From Octopus sinensis (Eukaryota), in NCBI RefSeq assembly GCF_006345805.1, contig NW_021832280.1:1-64000 (forward strand): a stretch of DNA of 64,000 nt, given 5' to 3'. A program made the translations under genes and the position numbers. Shown piece after piece: positions 58,110 through 64,000 of this stretch. Below the pieces are notes generated by a model that had not been told where the DNA came from, searched no databases, and was given only the letters and a program-made list of their open reading frames with translations. The first letter of the stretch is position 1, and each line of letters begins with the position of its first letter.

Positions 58110-59460
58110 TTATTACTATTTTCGAAACGAAATGATGTATTTTAACTCGATATCATCTCCACCTCTACCACAACACATGTAAACATGCGTGGACATTACG
58201 ATCCATCAACATCAGATCATCCCCAACCCCAAACACCATGTACAAAAAAACTACGAAGAAATTAAATACCACCGATATTATTCAACCCAAGAATAACAAT
58301 CGGGAGGTACGTACTTTAAACTTACAACACAAAATGTACGAAAAGCTACATGTGCAAAACAATGTGACAACAGAAATGAACGGACCAGTACCCTACGAAA
58401 ATGGCGACCGTCAAAATAATGGGCCGGACGTTGTTCCTCATGTCCCGCAAATAAAACCAAAAAGGCATAAATGGACACGTGAGGAATATATTTTTATCCT
58501 ACACTTCACAGCAGTGCTCTACCCAAAGAACAAAAACACAACAACATATAAAATATGGAAGAAAAATAACCTAAACAAAGACTTGGATACAGCAATGAAC
58601 CCTAATAAACTAGCTAACATACGAAGATACATTCTCAACGCAAAAAAATATCAGAAATAGAAATAGAACATTTATAAGAAAAAATACACCAGGAAAATGT
58701 AGATAGTAAACACACAACAATGCCCAATAATATAAACACTGAAACAGTAAAACACGAAGACAAACGTAACATTTCCAATAAAAACGAAGTAAACAAAAAA
58801 CAACAAACCCAGACCGTAAGGATGAATAATAATGTAAGAAAAGCAGTAAACCAAAACACAACAGACAAACATACGAATGAGAAAAAAAGCGACACAAATC
58901 TAAAACCTGGAAACAACGAAGGGGAGCCTAATGATTATGATACCATAAAAAATAGAATAATCAAAGAACCGAAAAACACAGATCTCAAAATGGACCACCA
59001 ACCATACCTCCCAAAAATCAAAATAGACCAAAAAACAACATCGATAATAAATAGCATAAACCTGGCTGTCACGGAACTAATAGCCACAGAAACAAATGGC
59101 AATATCACTGAGCTAAATGACATAATATAGGCAGCAGCCACTGCAGCCACAAAAGAAGCTGGATACTCACTCAAATCTATCCAAACAGGAGTACCACCAC
59201 CCAAACAAACCCTGTGGATAAATAACATCCAAAACAAAATACAAAAAATGAGAAAAGATCTGTCGATTCTTAATGAAATCAGTAGACAATCAACGCTACT
59301 GAGCAACAAAAAGAAAACAAAAATACTGTGCAAATACAACATCACAGAAAAAGATTTACCTGAGATAAAAGAAAAGCTGAAGCAAGATATCCTTGCCAAA
59401 GCACAAAGGATCCGCCGCTACGAGAAACACCAGCGCTTCTTTGAACAAAACAAAAAGTTC
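58110..59460 (+). mobile_element. R4/Dong-like LINE 5' portion (5' UTR plus N-terminal region)
   Basis: KRHKWTREEYIFI..NKLANIRRYIL; WINNIQNKIQKMRKDLS..EKLKQDILAKAQRIRRYEK. Begins at a (TAA)n tract. Confidence 0.75.
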
Positions 59461-59555
59461 TATTCTGGGACCTTTTGAGTGGGATGGGTTACCCGACCTA
59501 AAGAGAATTCTAACTGGGCCCCACCTGATAGGCCATGCACTGCTCTCTCACTCAG
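59461..59555 (+). mobile_element. Internally deleted 3' end of the TAA-tailed SINE-like repeat, fused to the LINE
   Basis: GGACCTTTTGAGTGGGATGGG..AACTGGGCCCCACCTG..CATGCACTGCTCTCTCACTC-(TAA)n. Confidence 0.7.
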
Positions 59556-59649
59556 TAATAATAATAATCAGGAAAGTATTAGGTAGCTGACAAGAATGAA
59601 TACCACGGTAGTATAGGCTGCATGTAATAAGCCTGCTATAGGTACAGGA

Positions 59650-59945
59650 AGAGGAGGGGAGAAGAAGGAGAAGCAGAAGAAGAAGAAGAAGAAGAAAAAG
59701 AAGAAGAAAAAGGAGGAGGAGACATCAGGTGTACTGTTGGTGAATTTCTGAAAGCATGGAAGTTTTGAAGGATGTAGTGCCTTGATGGCTAAAGACTGAT
59801 GTGAGTAGTTTATTCCATGCTTCAGCAATTCTGAGAGTGCAAAAATGTTTCTGAAAGTCATGGAGGGTGTGTTGGTTTTTGATATTGTTAACGTGTCCAC
59901 GAGTGTTAAACATATGGAACTGAAAAAGCTACCCAAGATTGTTGT
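59650..59945 (-). mobile_element. CR1/L2-type LINE extreme 3' end with (TTC)n-like tail
   Basis: NTRGH..KNQH..DFQKHFCTLRIAEAWNKL..SFK*. Confidence 0.7.
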
Positions 59946-59985
59946 TGGGAAGATGATAGGTTATTATATGGTTATTACCCATATT

Positions 59986-61050
59986 ACCCTGCTGGCATGA
60001 GTAGGAGAGTTTGACCAGAGCTGGCAAGCTGCGAAATGGGCTGCACCAGGCTCCAGTCTGCTTTGGCTTGGTTTCTATGACTGGATGCCCTTCCTAACAC
60101 CAACTGCTCTACAGAGAGTGCTTGGCATTTTTACATCGTGCTATATTTGGACTTTTACATGGCACCAGCCCAGGACTCTTGCAAGTCAATCCTCACTATG
60201 ATGGGGATTGGTGTTGACACTTCTGCTGTACATCTTCTTGATCTGCTCAAGGTCTATGGGTCTTCTTGAGTACAGCAGGATGCCAGTCGTTTCAGTCCTT
60301 TGTCACCTTGCCTGAAATTTTAATGTCCTAATGTCATTCTTCAGCACTTCTTCCCATGTTTTCCTAGGTCTCCCTCTTCTATGTGTTCCATCTCCTTTGA
60401 AAGATTATCACTTTTTTCTATGGAGCTGTGTGCATCACATGACCGAATCAGTGCAGGCTTCTCTCTTGCACACAGCAACCAATTCCTCTTATGCCTAACT
60501 TCTCTCTCAGAACAGTGGCACCCTGTCAAACATATCCAGCAGAGCATACTGGCCTCATTCCTCTCTAACCTTCACATGCCCTCTGCATTCAGGGCCCACA
60601 TCTCATTACCATGTAGAATTGCTGTCCATATACATACATCATAAAATCTTTCTTTCACTCGGAGAGAGAAACCTTTTGGGGCCAATAGAGGTAACAGCTC
60701 TCCGAACTTTCTCCATCCCATTCTTATTCTAGCTGTTACACTCTCCATGCATCCTCCCCCACTACTAATTTACTCTCCTTGATAGCAGAAGTTATATACT
60801 ACCTCTAATGAGCCACCAAGGCGTTTAAGAGAATCAACTTCCTGAGTCTCTAAAGTTTTTTTATGGATCTTGTGCATCTTCCACATATGATAACCGTCTT
60901 CTCTTGATAAGCTACCTATTAATCCACTGCACCTGTTGTGTGTCCGTAGCTTACACTGGGTGCACCATATGAAATTCCAGCTTATACCTTCCGGACAGGG
61001 TCACCTACCTGTGTAGGGTACGGTCTTCTCTCTCTAATATATATTGCAGC
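59986..61050 (-). mobile_element. RTE LINE 3' fragment (diverged subfamily)
   Basis: RNEASMLCW-type RT end; GGATGCCCTTCCTAACACC 3' UTR. Confidence 0.75.
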
Positions 61051-61250
61051 CACCTGACAAACGAACAACACACACACACCTCATGTATGTGTGTTCGACT
61101 TTGTTCATTTACCTTATGCTGCTTCTAATTCATATTTGAATCTTGTCCATGGCATGATATGTTGGGACATGCCAACAGATGGTTCTTAAACCATTTAAAA
61201 TATAGTGTCATATCCAGTTTGACAGCTCACAGCAGGCTCTTTGGTTAGTA

Positions 61251-61298
61251 CACGGCATTGATAAGTCAGAACAAGGCAAAACATTGACGTCTCACCGT
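61251..61298 (+). ncRNA. Decayed type I hammerhead ribozyme
   Basis: CACGGCA TTGATAAG TC-AGAACAA-GGC AAAAC-A-TTGA-CGT C TCACCGT. Four transitions restore CUGAUGAG..GGC GAAACG-UUGA-CGUC with a GUC cleavage triplet. Confidence 0.45.
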
Positions 61299-61559
61299 CT
61301 GAAAAAAAAAATGAAAAAAAAAAGGGATCTGATGTGAGTTGTCTCTCTTGGCTGTGACCTGTTTGGGTGTTTTCACAACAAGCGTATTGAAATTCTATTC
61401 CCTTATGCCTAAAAATGCAGTTACCCGACAAACTAACCTCGTGTATGTGTGTTCAACTTTGTTTCTATATATATTTAACAACTTATTATTATGCGAAGAG
61501 ATGATTTGTGAAAGATTTTTTGTGTTAGAAAAAAACTATCCTAATTTGGTAAGAGTTTA

Positions 61560-62200
61560 TTCCTTGAGGGTGAATGCTGGAGTTTCACATTCCTCACGAT
61601 AGACCAGAAATCATCTTCAAACTGTTTCAATCTTGGGTTAGGTGGAGGATTGTTTTTAGATTTAAATAACTTTTTGGAATTCTGAAGCTGGATCGTTTGA
61701 GGGCTGTTTAATGTCTTTATTGTCAAAGAAAGAGACCAGCTATAAAGAAAAGCATTACCTTTATTAACCCTAGTGACATTAATTCTACCTCTATTAATCA
61801 GGGCATGAAATCAAGTCATTAAGATATTAACAATATTAATTTTATTTCCAATTACGACACCAAATCAAGTAATTGTAATTCTGCAGTGTAAGGGAGATAA
61901 CCGTTATTTAATACCCTTTTTTCATTATAAAGGTACATCGATGTATTTTAAAGATAATTACCCTAATAACAAAGTTAATTCCTTCCAAACTGTTTGGTTA
62001 ATACTTCCATATGTTAAAGAGATCAAATATAACTTCCCTGACCAGTTTCGTGAAGCTATAGAAAAGAATTTCTCGAAAAACTCAAGATACTATTTGATTA
62101 TTACTTCACACCGAATCTTTCAAAAACCATCTCTTTGCATAATAATGAGTTGTTAAATACAAATCCACTTACTGAAAAATACCAACATTAATTTTGTTAA
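61560..62200. mobile_element. Penelope-like RT fragments in opposite orientations
   Basis: Minus 61560-61730: PPNPRLKQFEDDFWSIVRNVKL. Plus 61941-62156: VWLILPYVKEIKYN..F..AIEKNF.K..RY..K.S.C. Both resemble PLE RT flanking motifs. Confidence 0.5.
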
Positions 62201-63114
62201 TACTAACCATTCTTTAAATAATAACAGCAGAGTTATTCGATTTCTTAGCAGTAATTCTAAGACTAGAAACTCTATCAATGTAAAATTACTTCCAGTTCTG
62301 ATGTCTTTGTTTTTTATATAGGTAGTTCTTCATCTCAGTTGTCCAAAAGAATATCTAATCATTACTCTACATTTAGATATATTAATAAATACATTTATAG
62401 AACATGTTTATCATTGCAAACATTGGCAAAACCAAACCTTTAGTTCCTATAAGTCATTTCCACTAATCGATAAAATTCGACCTTTAACTGTCTTCTTACA
62501 TTTCACTTCCACTAAATATATCTACTTCCATGCTTTTAAGCTTTATTCTAATTCACCTATCGCTCTATATCTCTCCACTACTAGTTTTCTGCTAATTTCT
62601 TTCTTTCTCTTCCTTCTCTTTCTATAAACTACTTTAGACATTATATCTACTAACGGTTTTTTTTTAAAATAACTTAATAGCATTCCCTTCATCATTATAC
62701 GCAGTCATCACATTCTGCTAAAATGTCTCATTGATGTGTTTGGTTTCTTTCTGGAATAATAGCAATGTTGTTTCCAGAACATATGTCAGAAGTAAAAGAA
62801 TTTAAATAACACCTGTGTTTAACTCCATTTATATATATATATATATATATATATTTACCGGAGTAAGCACATAAATGTGAAACAAGGTGGAAAAAAGAGT
62901 ACTCAAATACCAGAGGCAGAGTAATATGCTTTATTTAAAAACAGCAGAAAGTGTATATATATATATATATACTCGAAATGTAAGAGACTTTTTCTATTCC
63001 TGAGCGCTATACTAATACATCTGTTTGTTTGTACACCACCTGTCTTCGTCTTTTGTTTATTTTCATAAACTTTCCCTTTATATATATATATAGAGAGAGA
63101 GAGAGATCACCATC

Positions 63115-63320
63115 TTTATCATTTACCATCTAGTCTTCCTGCTGGCATGGACTATTTGAAAGAAGCTGGCAAGTTAGAGAGCTGCAGCAGTTTTGGTATG
63201 GTTTCTACATCTGACTGCTTTTCTAATGCCAACCACTGTACAGAGTGTACTGGGTGCTTTTATGTGGTGCCATCCCAGATGTCCTTTATGCAATGCCAGC
63301 ATGGGTGCTTTATACCATAT
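63115..63320 (-). mobile_element. RTE 3' tail fragment
   Basis: TGCTGGCATGG..TTTCTAATGCCAACCAC..GGGTGCTTTTATGTG. Confidence 0.6.
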
Positions 63321-63479
63321 CTCCTCCTTTTCCACAATAATTCGAACTCAAATATTTTCTCACACCGTCTTTGATGAAGAAATATCCATAATATCCCAGA
63401 AACAGCTGAAAGATTATTTCATTATAAATGTTCTGAAAACTCTTCACAGTCTTGTTTTTATCTCATTCTGTCTAATATA

Positions 63480-64000
63480 TACGAGGGTGAGTCAAAAAGT
63501 AATGCCATTTTGTTTAGGACAGGTATAATTACCAACACAGGAACATGTATCATACATCAAAATGAAGCTGGTCCTCTGTGGATCACATCCCTACTTCTCA
63601 ACATAGTCGCCATTCCTCTCAATAGCAATGTTCCACCTTTGAATGAGAGCATGTATCCCTGCTCTGTAAAATTCTGTTGACTGTTCTTTGAGCCACTTCT
63701 TCACCACCTCCACACTCACCAGATTTAGTTCCTTCAGACTATCTTCTCTTCGGCGCAACGAAAGAATGTTTGAGAGGCAAACATTATTCCAGTGACGACT
63801 GTAGTGAAGAAGTGGCTCAAAGAACAGTCAACAGAATTTTATGGGGCAGGAATACATGCTCTCATTTGAAGGTGGAACATTGCTATTGAGAGGAATGGTG
63901 ACTATGTTGAGAAGTAGAGAGGACCAGCTTCATTTTGATGTATGATACATGTTCCTGTGTTGGTAATTATTCCTGCCCTAAACAAAATGGCATTACTTTT
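63480..64000. mobile_element. Mariner-derived fold-back element (right TIR tip beyond the window)
   Basis: TA + TACGAGGGTGAGTCAAAAAGT TIR. 63480-63706 is the inverted copy of 63801-64000. The spacer encodes HSPDLVPSDYLLF (mariner YSPDLAPxD motif) and the arm encodes KWLKEQSTEFY..RWN..GDYVEK*. Confidence 0.9.

Noticed and set aside
62855-63100. Possible Penelope terminal fragments with a half hammerhead (CGAAATGTAAGAG)
   Set aside because: The CUGANGA half is absent and the fragments are too short to support a call.
1-64000. rRNA, tRNA or snRNA genes
   Set aside because: No recognisable conserved RNA-gene sequence was seen.

Overview
AT-rich animal genomic DNA. The repeat families (RTE 3' tails '...CCATGCTAGCATGGAAAGCGGACGTTAAATGATG', a TAA-tailed ~460-bp repeat) look like Octopus/coleoid cephalopod repeats; this is recognition from memory, not a database result. 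Most of the window is nested, decayed transposons lying in the long introns of one + strand host gene, a PARP14/PARP15-like multi-macrodomain protein. Five exons splice in frame (14948-15002, 23950-24086, 24364-24591, 25198-25425, 34341-34392), and a sixth candidate (49210-49418) carries compensating frameshifts. Elements present: Tx1-like (L1 clade) LINEs x4, a young GC-rich CR1-like LINE, many R4/Dong-like RLE LINEs sitting in (TAA)n, about 10 RTE pieces, a Ty3/Gypsy element split into oppositely oriented halves, Penelope-like pieces with hammerhead-like motifs, a Helitron PIF1 helicase remnant, a hAT MITE and two fold-back MITEs. No rRNA, tRNA or CRISPR. Best leads: (1) a canonical G_GGA_AAC -1 slippery site joining ORF1 to an AUG-less ORF2 in the CR1-like LINE; (2) a duplicated macrodomain exon cassette with a sharp intron/exon identity step; (3) a probable inversion through the Gypsy element, with a 167-bp locally templated insert inside the block; (4) a fold-back MITE apparently born from the internal hairpin of a TG..CA element; (5) a 140/140/63/26/20-bp staircase of re-starts at the 5' end of a TAA-tailed non-autonomous element. 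Element boundaries and identities were estimated by eye.
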